Made by a program: the position numbers and the translations under genes. Of a DNA stretch of 63,118 bases, positions 27,310 through 35,705 are shown piece by piece. Position 1 is the stretch's first letter, and every line of letters starts with the position of its first letter. The DNA lies in assembly GCA_016928115.1 (NCBI GenBank), contig JAFGLI010000014.1:1-63118 (forward strand), written 5' to 3'. The notes under the pieces were generated by a model. That model was not told where the DNA came from, did no database searches, and saw nothing but the letters and a program-made list of their open reading frames with translations. The DNA is from Candidatus Woesearchaeota archaeon. Its GTDB lineage: Archaea > Nanobdellota > Nanobdellia > Woesearchaeales > UBA9642.

Positions 27310-27975
27310 TTACTCTTCAAATTCTATTTTATTATTAAAATAAACTCCTTTTTTCAGTTTTACAGGTCTCCATTTGTCAAGAATAAGTTTAGCATCAAGC
27401 CATTCTGCTAATTCTTCAGGATTTCCTATTGTTGCAGACAGCCCTAATAACTGCAGTTTTTTTATCTTATCTTTTAACAATGTTATAACAATCTCCAGAG
27501 TAGGCCCTCTTTCAGGTGCGTTCAATAAATGAATCTCATCTATGACAACAACCTTTATATCCTCAATCCATGGCGCTTTATGCCTTATCAAAGAATCAAA
27601 TTTCTCGCTTGTGGCAATTATCAAATCATAATCCCTGAGATAATAATCCTTGCTGTCTATGTCTCCTGAGCTTATTGCAATATTAATCAAATCACCATAA
27701 AATTTCTTGAAATCCTTGTATTTTTCTGAAGCCAGAGCCCTTAATGGAACAATATAAATGCATTTCCCGTGGTCATGAAAAACAGCATTTAATATTGCTA
27801 ATTCTGCAACTAATGTTTTACCTGAGGCTGTAGGGGTACACACCAATAAATTCTTATCCTTGAACAATCCTTTATCTATAGACTTATACTGGCAAGGCCT
27901 TAATTCCTTAATCCTGTCTTTAAGAATATCATAAATCCTTTCCGGGATTTTTTTCTTGTATTTGGAAAGTTTCAT
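27310..27975 (-). CDS. Hel308/Ski2-like helicase, N-terminal RecA1 domain only (truncated or split)
   Basis: Motifs I (CTPTASGKT), Ia (IVPLRALASEK), II (DEIH) and III (SAT), then WRPVKL. The ORF stops after 221 aa, 64 nt from the tRNA-Val 3' end. RecA2 and the C-terminal domains are absent. Confidence 0.7.
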   Translation of the reverse strand: MKLSKYKKKIPERIYDILKDRIKELRPCQYKSIDKGLFKDKNLLVCTPTASGKTLVAELAILNAVFHDHGKCIYIVPLRALASEKYKDFKKFYGDLINIAISSGDIDSKDYYLRDYDLIIATSEKFDSLIRHKAPWIEDIKVVVIDEIHLLNAPERGPTLEIVITLLKDKIKKLQLLGLSATIGNPEELAEWLDAKLILDKWRPVKLKKGVYFNNKIEFEE

Positions 27976-28091
27976 TATTTTAAAAGTATTATGAAATGTT
28001 TTTTAAAGTTTGTTAAATGTGTTGTGTGTTATTTATATTTACTATGGAGTGGAGAAAGATTTATAAATCTGTTATAATTTATACACATATT

Positions 28092-28382
28092 ATGGAATAT
28101 TTAAAAGATTATCTAACAAGAGATGGTTGGAAAAGAGATTGGTACAGAACAAAACAAGATTTTTGTAATGTATATTCTAATTCCAGACAGGAATTATCTG
28201 ATATTGTAAGAAGTGAAAGAGGTAGCATTCCAGTAGCTATGATGTTTACAACTCTTGGGTCAAGTTTGTCAACTATTGGAATGATTACAGAAAATTATTA
28301 TTTACTAGTAGGAGGTATTTTGTTTTGTATTGCTGGTTTAGTTGATGCTATTGGAACTTATAACCAAACTAAGAAAAAATAA
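28092..28382 (+). CDS. Small membrane protein, hypothetical
   Basis: Two predicted TM helices. ATG 28092 lies 24 nt after TTTATAAAT (28060-28068). The longest ORF starts at 28017. Confidence 0.4.
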   Translation: MEYLKDYLTRDGWKRDWYRTKQDFCNVYSNSRQELSDIVRSERGSIPVAMMFTTLGSSLSTIGMITENYYLLVGGILFCIAGLVDAIGTYNQTKKK

Positions 28383-30122
28383 TTACATCAAATCAACAAC
28401 ATCAATATCCAATAAATTCAATCCTTTCTTTAAAATCTCTTTAGTACAATAAGCTAAGAATAACCTTGAATTCTTTAATTTGCCTTTTTCCTGTAATATT
28501 GGGCATTCATGGTAAAAACTGTTAAAGGTTTGTGCTAGTTCAAGCAAATAGTTAGCTATGAGTGAAGAGTCATATCTCTCAGATGCTTTTTCTGCAACAT
28601 CATTAAAATTATACAATGATTTTACTAATTTATACTCTATCTCTTTATTCAATAAAGATAAATCAACATCCAGATTTTTTATTTTTTCTTTTATTTTCTT
28701 GTCATTTTTATTCAGCCATTTTTCAAATATGCTCATTATTCTTACATATGCATACTGAACATAAGGGCCTGTGTCGCCTTCAAAATCTATTGATTTCTCA
28801 GGATTGAAAATAAAATCCTTCTCCAAGTCATATTTCAGCATAAAGAACCTCAATGCACTTAAACCAATCTTTTTGCTCAGTTCATTTAATTCCTTTTCTT
28901 TCATATCAGGATGCCTTTTTCTGACCTCTTCTCCTGCTAATTTCTCCATTTCATCAATTAAATCATCTGCATCAACAACATTGCCTTCCCTGCTTTTCAT
29001 TCTTCCTTCAGGCAGGAATATCATGCCATAGCTCAGGTGATAATTGTCAATCTCAGGATATTCCTTTAAACCTTTTCCAAGCATTTCCAGTATCTTGAAT
29101 AACTGCTTAAAATAGAGGTTCTGCTCGCTTGCCACAACATAGACTGATTTGTCCATTTTAAAATCATCATATTTTTTCTTTGCCAAAACAAGATCCTGTG
29201 TTATATAAAGAGAAGTGCCGTCAGACCTTAAAATTATCTTATTATCAAGCCCGTATTTTTTGAGAGGGGCATATATAAAGCCTTCTTTGTGTTTCTTGAA
29301 AATTCCTTTCTTTAGTGCCTTTTTTACAATCTCCTTGCCTTTATTCTGGAAATCACTTTCAAAATACTCTTTCTCAAATTTAAGGCTTAGTTTATCATAA
29401 GTTTCCTTAAAGCCTTCCAGGCACCATGCCTTTAGTTTTTTCCATCTCTTCCTTGTTTCTTTATCATTATTCTCCCATTTTACAAGCAGTTCATCATTTT
29501 CTTCTTCAAGAGTGGGATTTTTCCTGGCTTTTTTCTCAAATTCAACATACAAATCACCTATATAATGGTCTTTTTTTATTTTTGGTGTTTCATTTTCATG
29601 CCATTTCTCATAAGCCAGCATTGTTTTGCATACGTGTTTTCCTATATCATTATTTAGATTAATTTTTACAACCTCACATCCAATAAATTCCAATATATTT
29701 GCAACAGACTGCCCTATGAATATATTCCTCAAATGCCCTAAATGTAAAGGCTTATTTGTATTTGGAGCAGGGAATTCCAGAAGGACTTTCTCCTTTTTTA
29801 TCTTGTTTTTTAAATAATTATCACTAAAAATATTGTTCAGTGTTTCTTTTACAAATAAATCTCTTTTAAGGAAAAAATTAAGATAAGGCCCCTTGTTCTC
29901 GACTTTTTCTATAATCCAGTATTTTTCAAGATTATTCTCTATGCTTTCCTTTAGATTTGATGCTATCTGAACAGGATTCTTTTTTTCTTTTTTAGACAAT
30001 ATAAAACACACAAAAGCATAGTCCCCGAACTCAGGAAGAAGAGGTATTTCAAGCACTATTTCTTCACTCTTTAAGCCAGTGTTTTTTTTAATAATATTCC
30101 TAATCTCTTTCTCAAAATCCAT
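28383..30122 (-). CDS. argS: Arginyl-tRNA synthetase
   Basis: PNTNKPLHLGHLRN (HIGH), a DALR-type anticodon-binding C-terminus, and a terminal M. Confidence 0.9.
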   Translation of the reverse strand: MDFEKEIRNIIKKNTGLKSEEIVLEIPLLPEFGDYAFVCFILSKKEKKNPVQIASNLKESIENNLEKYWIIEKVENKGPYLNFFLKRDLFVKETLNNIFSDNYLKNKIKKEKVLLEFPAPNTNKPLHLGHLRNIFIGQSVANILEFIGCEVVKINLNNDIGKHVCKTMLAYEKWHENETPKIKKDHYIGDLYVEFEKKARKNPTLEEENDELLVKWENNDKETRKRWKKLKAWCLEGFKETYDKLSLKFEKEYFESDFQNKGKEIVKKALKKGIFKKHKEGFIYAPLKKYGLDNKIILRSDGTSLYITQDLVLAKKKYDDFKMDKSVYVVASEQNLYFKQLFKILEMLGKGLKEYPEIDNYHLSYGMIFLPEGRMKSREGNVVDADDLIDEMEKLAGEEVRKRHPDMKEKELNELSKKIGLSALRFFMLKYDLEKDFIFNPEKSIDFEGDTGPYVQYAYVRIMSIFEKWLNKNDKKIKEKIKNLDVDLSLLNKEIEYKLVKSLYNFNDVAEKASERYDSSLIANYLLELAQTFNSFYHECPILQEKGKLKNSRLFLAYCTKEILKKGLNLLDIDVVDLM

Positions 30123-30242
30123 TTTATTCTAAATTAATGAGAAAATTTATAAATGTTGTTGTTGGGAAACCCCGTTCTTCTATGAGGAGAAAGTTATCAA
30201 ATCGAAACTTTTATATATTAATATAGCAAATTATATACTAAG

Positions 30243-30983
30243 ATGCTTAGTAATAAGAATAAAGCCCAGGAAGAAGTACATAAGCTTATTTTTGATAATG
30301 AAAATATCAGCTGGAAGTCTATGTTAATGGAGCTTGTAAAGACAGGCCAGATTAACCCATGGGATATAAATATTTCAGATATAGCAGACAAGTTTCTTGG
30401 TATATTAAAAGACCTTAATTCAATGAATTTCAGGGTTTCCGGAAAGATAATACTTGCATCAGCATTATTATTAAAGCTTAAATCAGAGAGCCTTCTTGAA
30501 GAAGATATTATTGCCCTTGATACTTTATTAAATCAATCAGATGAACCCATAGAACTGCTGGATGACCTTGAGGAGGCATATTTTGAAGACTCTCCTCAGG
30601 AAAAGCATGATGAGCTTAAGCTATATCCAAAAACACCCCAGCCCAGGAAGAGAAAAGTCAGCATATATGACTTGATAAATGCACTTGAAAATGCATTTGA
30701 AGTAAAACAAAGAAGGAAAAACTACATTTTCAAGCAGAATATTAAAATACCTGAGAAAAAAACAGACATATCTGAGCTTATGAATAATATATACAAAGAT
30801 ATAAAAGCATATTTTAAGAAAGACACAAAGGCAGAATTAAATTTCAACGAGCTTTTGCCCACTGAAAGCAAAGCAGACAAGGTTCTGACATTCATACCTT
30901 TATTGCATCTGGAAAACCAGAACAAAATAGAATTGATGCAGGAAAAGCACTTCAGCCCAATAACAATAAGGCTTTCTGGCTAG
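30243..30983 (+). CDS. scpA: Segregation and condensation protein A (kleisin)
   Basis: NPWDINISDIADKFL N-terminal signature and a C-terminal winged helix (LTFIPLLHL). Confidence 0.8.
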   Translation: MLSNKNKAQEEVHKLIFDNENISWKSMLMELVKTGQINPWDINISDIADKFLGILKDLNSMNFRVSGKIILASALLLKLKSESLLEEDIIALDTLLNQSDEPIELLDDLEEAYFEDSPQEKHDELKLYPKTPQPRKRKVSIYDLINALENAFEVKQRRKNYIFKQNIKIPEKKTDISELMNNIYKDIKAYFKKDTKAELNFNELLPTESKADKVLTFIPLLHLENQNKIELMQEKHFSPITIRLSG

Positions 30984-31022
30984 TATAATAATCTTTTTAA
31001 ATAAAGAATATTTCTTTACATT

Positions 31023-31415
31023 ATGTCCGAGAATAAATATCTTGAGCTTCAGCTTATACAAAAACAGGTTGAGGAGATAAAAAGCATTCTTGAAAGGTTT
31101 GATGAGCAGATAATGCAGATTGAAAACCTCATATATGACCTTCAGGATTTCAGAAAGCTGAAAAAAGGAGACAACATACTTATCCCCCTTGCCAGCGGCA
31201 TATTTGCAAAGGCTAAATTAACAGACAATAATAACCTTAAGGTAAATGTAGGTAAAAACACTGTTGTCGAGAAGGATGTTCTCTCAACAGTAGATATGCT
31301 GGAGAATCAAATGCAGGAAATCTCATCATACAGAAACCAATCCGTTGTAAACCTGAGAATGCTGATAGACAGGTCAAATAAAATAAAAGAGGAGCTGAAT
31401 AAGGAAAATGTTTGA
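31023..31415 (+). CDS. pfdA: Prefoldin alpha subunit
   Basis: Coiled coils flank ILIPLASGIFAKAKL...VNVGKNTVVEKD. The pfdA-ftsY adjacency is conserved in archaea. Confidence 0.8.
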   Translation: MSENKYLELQLIQKQVEEIKSILERFDEQIMQIENLIYDLQDFRKLKKGDNILIPLASGIFAKAKLTDNNNLKVNVGKNTVVEKDVLSTVDMLENQMQEISSYRNQSVVNLRMLIDRSNKIKEELNKENV

Positions 31416-32589
31416 GTTCTTTAAAAAAAGGTTCAGGAAATCTGTAGATAAATTCTCTGAAGAGGTTGAAAAAGAAGCAGAGAAGGAAATAAAAAAAGAA
31501 AAACCTAAGAAAGTTAAAAAGCCAAAAGAGAAGGAAATAAAAGAGAAAAAGGCTGAGAAAAAAAAGGAAGAAAGAAAAGAAACCAAGGAAGAAAAAGAAA
31601 AAATAAAAAAAGAGGTTGAAAAGAAAGAAGAAGTTAAGGATATTGAGCAAGAGAAAATTACAGAAGAAAAAGAACCTGAAGAGGAAGAAGCAGAAGAAAA
31701 GAAAAAAGGTTTTGTTTCTAAATTCAGGGAAAAGATTTCTACAATAAGCTTAAATGAAGACAAATTTGAGGAATTGTTCTGGGAATTAGAGGTTGCTTTA
31801 CTTGAGAATAATGTTGCAGTTGAGGTTGTTGAAAAAATAAAAAATGACTTGAAAAAAGAGCTGACTGAAAAAAGAATCCTGAGAAAAAATATCGAAAAAA
31901 CTATTGAAAGAACATTAAAAGAGTCGATAAATGAATTATTTGAGCAGGAAAGCTTTGACCTTGTAAAAAAAATAAAAGAAAAGAACAAAAGCAATGAGCC
32001 TTATATTATAGCTATGATAGGAGTTAACGGCTCGGGAAAAACAACAACCCTGGCAAAAATGGCAAGGATGCTCCAGAAAGAAAAATTAAGTGTGGTTCTT
32101 GCAGCCTCAGACACATTCAGGGCTGCTTCTATAGAACAATTGCAAAAGCATGCTGACAGGTTAAAGGTAAAGATGATAAAGCATGACTACGGCTCAGATG
32201 CAGCTGCAGTTGCTTATGATGCAATAGAACATGCAAGATCAAAAAACATAGATGTTGTTTTAATAGATACAGCAGGAAGATTACATTCAAATAAGAACCT
32301 GATGCAGGAACTGAAAAAGGTCATAAATGTTTCAAAGCCTGATTTAAAATTATTTGTAGGTGAATCCATAACAGGAAACGATTGTGTAGAGCAGGCCAAG
32401 ATATTTAATGAAATGGTCGGAATAGATGCTATAATACTTGCAAAAGCAGACATTGATGAAAAAGGAGGAGCTGCTGTTTCAATTTCTTATGTTGTGAAAA
32501 AGCCCATATTATATATAGGCACAGGTCAGGAATACGATGATTTAGAAGAATTTAAACCTGAAATTATTATGGAGAATTTGGGTTTGTGA
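31408..32589 (+). CDS. ftsY: Signal recognition particle receptor FtsY
   Basis: K/E-rich N-terminal domain, NG domain GVNGSGKTTTLAKMA, DTAGR, and AKADIDEKGG. Confidence 0.92.
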   Translation: MFEFFKKRFRKSVDKFSEEVEKEAEKEIKKEKPKKVKKPKEKEIKEKKAEKKKEERKETKEEKEKIKKEVEKKEEVKDIEQEKITEEKEPEEEEAEEKKKGFVSKFREKISTISLNEDKFEELFWELEVALLENNVAVEVVEKIKNDLKKELTEKRILRKNIEKTIERTLKESINELFEQESFDLVKKIKEKNKSNEPYIIAMIGVNGSGKTTTLAKMARMLQKEKLSVVLAASDTFRAASIEQLQKHADRLKVKMIKHDYGSDAAAVAYDAIEHARSKNIDVVLIDTAGRLHSNKNLMQELKKVINVSKPDLKLFVGESITGNDCVEQAKIFNEMVGIDAIILAKADIDEKGGAAVSISYVVKKPILYIGTGQEYDDLEEFKPEIIMENLGL

Positions 32590-32631
32590 ATTTTAAGTAA
32601 AAAGAAAAAAATATTTTTATTGTTTGTCTAA

Positions 32632-33036
32632 CTATGGAGCCCTGCGATATTGAGGAGTATTTCCCCATTTTTTAATATATTCTGAATCATTAAAATTATC
32701 AAAAGCATCAATCATAGAATCAGGTATATCCATAGATCTAAGAAAACTATCAAGTCTAGCGAAATAGGCTTCACTACTATCATCAGAAATAATCCTTCTT
32801 GTTGTTTTTTTATTTATATCATACTCATTTAATAATCGATAGTTCATTGGTTTAATCTCTCTTTCACTAAACTGGCAACCATAAAAACATAGTCCTATAA
32901 TGGGCGCACTACGCAGTATTGTCTTCTTTATTTTATTTAAATTAACTTCAGAACTAAGTTTGTCTCCTAAACCATTATATAAATTATTTCCTTTTTCTTT
33001 TACAAAATCATTAAATTTTACTCTTAAATTCTTCAT
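32632..33036 (-). CDS. Hypothetical small protein
   Basis: No recognised motif and one hydrophobic segment. Preceded by AGGTGAAAAAATG (Shine-Dalgarno + 6-nt spacer). Confidence 0.4.
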   Translation of the reverse strand: MKNLRVKFNDFVKEKGNNLYNGLGDKLSSEVNLNKIKKTILRSAPIIGLCFYGCQFSEREIKPMNYRLLNEYDINKKTTRRIISDDSSEAYFARLDSFLRSMDIPDSMIDAFDNFNDSEYIKKWGNTPQYRRAP

Positions 33037-33082
33037 TTTTTCACCTTGATATTTATTTTATTCTTGTATCAAAACTTAGAAT

Positions 33083-33628
33083 CTATTCTTTTTTGTAATT
33101 TATTAATTGTTTGGTTAATTTTTCTTCAAGTAAATCACTACTTTTAGGAACATATTCTTCGGCCTGGTTTTTTTTAGAAAAGACGCCAAGTCCTGAAATA
33201 TCCATACCTATCCGCGATAGTGATGTGGCAATTAATAACCCATCAATTCTATGTTTATCAAATATGCTGTTAAATCTCATCTCATCTTTAATTCTACGGG
33301 CACATTCTTTATGCCAAACTTTTCTTACAAACTTCTCATAAGGCTTTTTATAATCTTCAGACAATATTTTTTCCTGTAAATCCTTTTCAATATTTTCCCA
33401 TGAGGTTCCGTTTCTCTCAAGATTTAGAAGGGATTTATACATTCTTTCGGTTTGTATTTCAGCGATTTTTTTGTTTGTGTTTTTTACTGCTTTACCAAAT
33501 TCAAAATTAAATAAAGGATAAATAACATCTTTTATCCATTCATCTTGTTCTTCTCTTGAAGGTATTTCTATTTTACTTAAATAATCCTTAGCTTTTGTGT
33601 ATAAACTGTTTATATGATTTTCTTTCAT
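33083..33628 (-). CDS. Hypothetical protein
   Basis: No recognised motif. Preceded by the same AGGTGAAAAAATG start context. Confidence 0.4.
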   Translation of the reverse strand: MKENHINSLYTKAKDYLSKIEIPSREEQDEWIKDVIYPLFNFEFGKAVKNTNKKIAEIQTERMYKSLLNLERNGTSWENIEKDLQEKILSEDYKKPYEKFVRKVWHKECARRIKDEMRFNSIFDKHRIDGLLIATSLSRIGMDISGLGVFSKKNQAEEYVPKSSDLLEEKLTKQLINYKKE

Positions 33629-33643
33629 TTTTTCACCTCTCGT

Positions 33644-34000
33644 TCAAGGTAGACTCCTCTCCTTGTTCTTTTCTTGAATCTTTCTAAGAATTTCATCAAT
33701 TTTTTCAACTGAAGCTAACTTTTCAAGAGGACTTCCTTTTGGAACTTTTAAATTAATTTGATCTACTCTTCCGTCTCCATCATTATCTAATGCATAAATT
33801 CTTTCGGAAAATCCATAATCACCAATAGTTATTTCAGCAGAAGACTTACTTCTGTTCATGTAATGCACTAATACATCATATCCATTTGCTTCAGACATAT
33901 TTCTCTCCAAAATTGGTTCGGGTCTAAATTCACATCCTACTAAAGTTGTAATGGCTGCTGTTGTCAAAATAATTTTTTCTTTTATCCTATTATAATTCAT
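33644..34000 (-). CDS. Putative lipoprotein (lipobox LVGC) with a DNDGDGRVD Ca-binding-like loop
   Basis: N-terminal KEKIILTTAAITTLVG|C fits [LVI][ASTVI][GAS]C. Has a DxDxDG motif and the same AGGTGAAAAAATG start context. Confidence 0.5.
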   Translation of the reverse strand: MNYNRIKEKIILTTAAITTLVGCEFRPEPILERNMSEANGYDVLVHYMNRSKSSAEITIGDYGFSERIYALDNDGDGRVDQINLKVPKGSPLEKLASVEKIDEILRKIQEKNKERSLP

Positions 34001-34105
34001 TTTTTCACCTTATTTTTATTATATTACTACTATATAGTAACACCAATATATAAATCTTTCGATTTTGGGTTTATAAAAAGTTAAATTATTATAGAAATTC
34101 CTATA

Positions 34106-34717
34106 TTATAACTTTTTCAAAAAATCTTTCTTCCATTTTACAAATTTATTAAAAGATAGATTAAAATAAGAATAATCTTTATTATCAATGGAATTAATGG
34201 CTTTTTTAAGTTCTTTTTTCAAGTATTTTTTATTAATTTTTTTTATAATCTTCGAATACTCTTTTAGATCAGCACCATTAATAAATAATAAAGCAATATC
34301 ATAGGAATCCTTTTTTCCTTTTAAGCTGTTTCTTCTGTTGATTTCAGCAAATTGTTTTAATATTACCAAAACTTCTATAGAAGGAACCTTAAATCCTTCC
34401 ACTGTTTTGTAATTTTTTTCTAATTTTTCTAAAGGGTATCCTAACTCAGAGAAATAAGGAACATAAATATCAATATCAAAGAATTCCTGCTTTATTTCAA
34501 ATTTTTTGAGTGTTTCGTTTTTATCTATTGTATAATCTTTTTTAAGTTTATCTAAATTATTATAATCAACAACAATATCTATGTCTTTTGATTTATAGGC
34601 TTTTGTCCACATATAAATTGCCCATCCACCTATAAGAATAAAATCATATTTTTTATTTAATTCAATTAATTTTTCAAAACTCTTTTTTGTTATTTCCTCA
34701 TTCCAAAATTCCTTCAT
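34106..34717 (-). CDS. Nucleotidyltransferase-fold protein, AbiEii-like (putative toxin)
   Basis: ILIGGWAIYMW...SKDIDIVVD (GG..A / S.DxD NTase core) and KGKKDSYDIALL (K...KD..D). Overlaps the upstream wHTH gene by 20 nt. Confidence 0.45.
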   Translation of the reverse strand: MKEFWNEEITKKSFEKLIELNKKYDFILIGGWAIYMWTKAYKSKDIDIVVDYNNLDKLKKDYTIDKNETLKKFEIKQEFFDIDIYVPYFSELGYPLEKLEKNYKTVEGFKVPSIEVLVILKQFAEINRRNSLKGKKDSYDIALLFINGADLKEYSKIIKKINKKYLKKELKKAINSIDNKDYSYFNLSFNKFVKWKKDFLKKL

Positions 34718-35291
34718 TTTTTAGCCTCTTTCTTAATGAGCTTAAAAATTCTTTTGCATACCATTCTTTTAGATTCCATAAATCAGCATAAATTAAAGAG
34801 ACAGGAGCTATTTTTTCCATTTCAAAGTTTTTCTTTAAAACAAAAACATTATTTTTGTTTATATTTTTTATATGTTTTGAAAACCTTTTTTTTAATGACT
34901 CACTAGAATAAACATATATTTCAGAATAATCAGCCGGGCTTTCATCAAAGCTTAAACGATAAGCTGAATAAGCAGTGTAGGTAATGTTATTAGGCATGGA
35001 GTTTTCTATTTTTTTAACAGGCAAATCAACATAAAAACTTTCAAATATATCCTTATTTAATTCTCTTTTAACACATAGATAATTTATTAATTTAGCAATA
35101 TCAATTATCTCAAAAGATCTTTGTTTTAGTCTTATTATGCCTATTTTTTCTAATTTATTTATTATTTTATTAACCATACCAATAGATATATTTAGCTCTT
35201 TATCTGAAGATAATTGTAATTGTGTAAAGCTTCTTTGTTTTTTTCTGTATTTTTCAATTAATTCAATTATTAATCTGTCTTCTTTTTTCAT
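34698..35291 (-). CDS. wHTH protein, AbiEi-like (putative antitoxin/regulator)
   Basis: N-terminal wHTH (ISIGMVNKIINKLEKIGIIRL). The C-terminal part has the YTAYSAY...IYVY...SLIYADLWNL pattern resembling the AbiEi C-domain. TATA at 22 nt. Confidence 0.4.
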   Translation of the reverse strand: MKKEDRLIIELIEKYRKKQRSFTQLQLSSDKELNISIGMVNKIINKLEKIGIIRLKQRSFEIIDIAKLINYLCVKRELNKDIFESFYVDLPVKKIENSMPNNITYTAYSAYRLSFDESPADYSEIYVYSSESLKKRFSKHIKNINKNNVFVLKKNFEMEKIAPVSLIYADLWNLKEWYAKEFLSSLRKRLKNEGILE

Positions 35292-35448
35292 TCTGTTTCA
35301 CTTTAATATTCACCTATTTATAAATGTTTCGATATATAGTGAAAGATATTTAAATAAACTATTAAAAAAGTGAAATAAATAATAAACAAAATATTTATTA
35401 ATCTTAGAATATATAAACTAGTTAAAATATTATAAAAAAGGTGAAAAA

Positions 35449-35646
35449 ATGGGATATTTTGCATGGGTAAATAAAAACATAAAAAAGTTGGGTGTATGGG
35501 ACGTTCCTTTTTTTAAGATAAGTCTTATAGCATTTGGTTTAATGGTTGCAAAACTATGGGAGCCTATATTGATGCTAGACTGGTATTGGTATCTTATTAT
35601 TTTTGTGGTAACTGCCGTAAAACCTGTAATGAGTATGTTTAAATAA
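35449..35646 (+). CDS. Small two-TM membrane protein
   Basis: 65 aa with two hydrophobic helices. Has the AGGTGAAAAAATG start context. Confidence 0.4.
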   Translation: MGYFAWVNKNIKKLGVWDVPFFKISLIAFGLMVAKLWEPILMLDWYWYLIIFVVTAVKPVMSMFK

Positions 35647-35705
35647 AAGAACACTAGACATCCACTCTCAAAAGACTTATAAACCTATTTTCTTTCTTTT
35701 TTTAT

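Noticed and set aside
27173-27975. Integrated mobile element at tRNA-Val(UAC)
   Set aside because: No integrase, transposase or att-type direct repeat of the tRNA 3' end was found on either side. The flanking genes are core (cca, argS). Only the truncated helicase and the hairpin repeat hint at past rearrangement.
31237-31994. Long antisense and alternate-frame ORFs (137 and 206 aa) overlapping pfdA/ftsY
   Set aside because: They are F/S/L-rich low-complexity translations of the reverse strand of the GAA/AAG-rich region that encodes the K/E-rich FtsY N-terminus. The FtsY frame has clear family motifs.
35430-35654. 74-aa minus-strand ORF opposite the 65-aa membrane ORF
   Set aside because: The plus-strand ORF has the strong AGGTGAAAAAATG start context and two clean TM helices. 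The minus-strand ORF has neither a promoter nor a Shine-Dalgarno.
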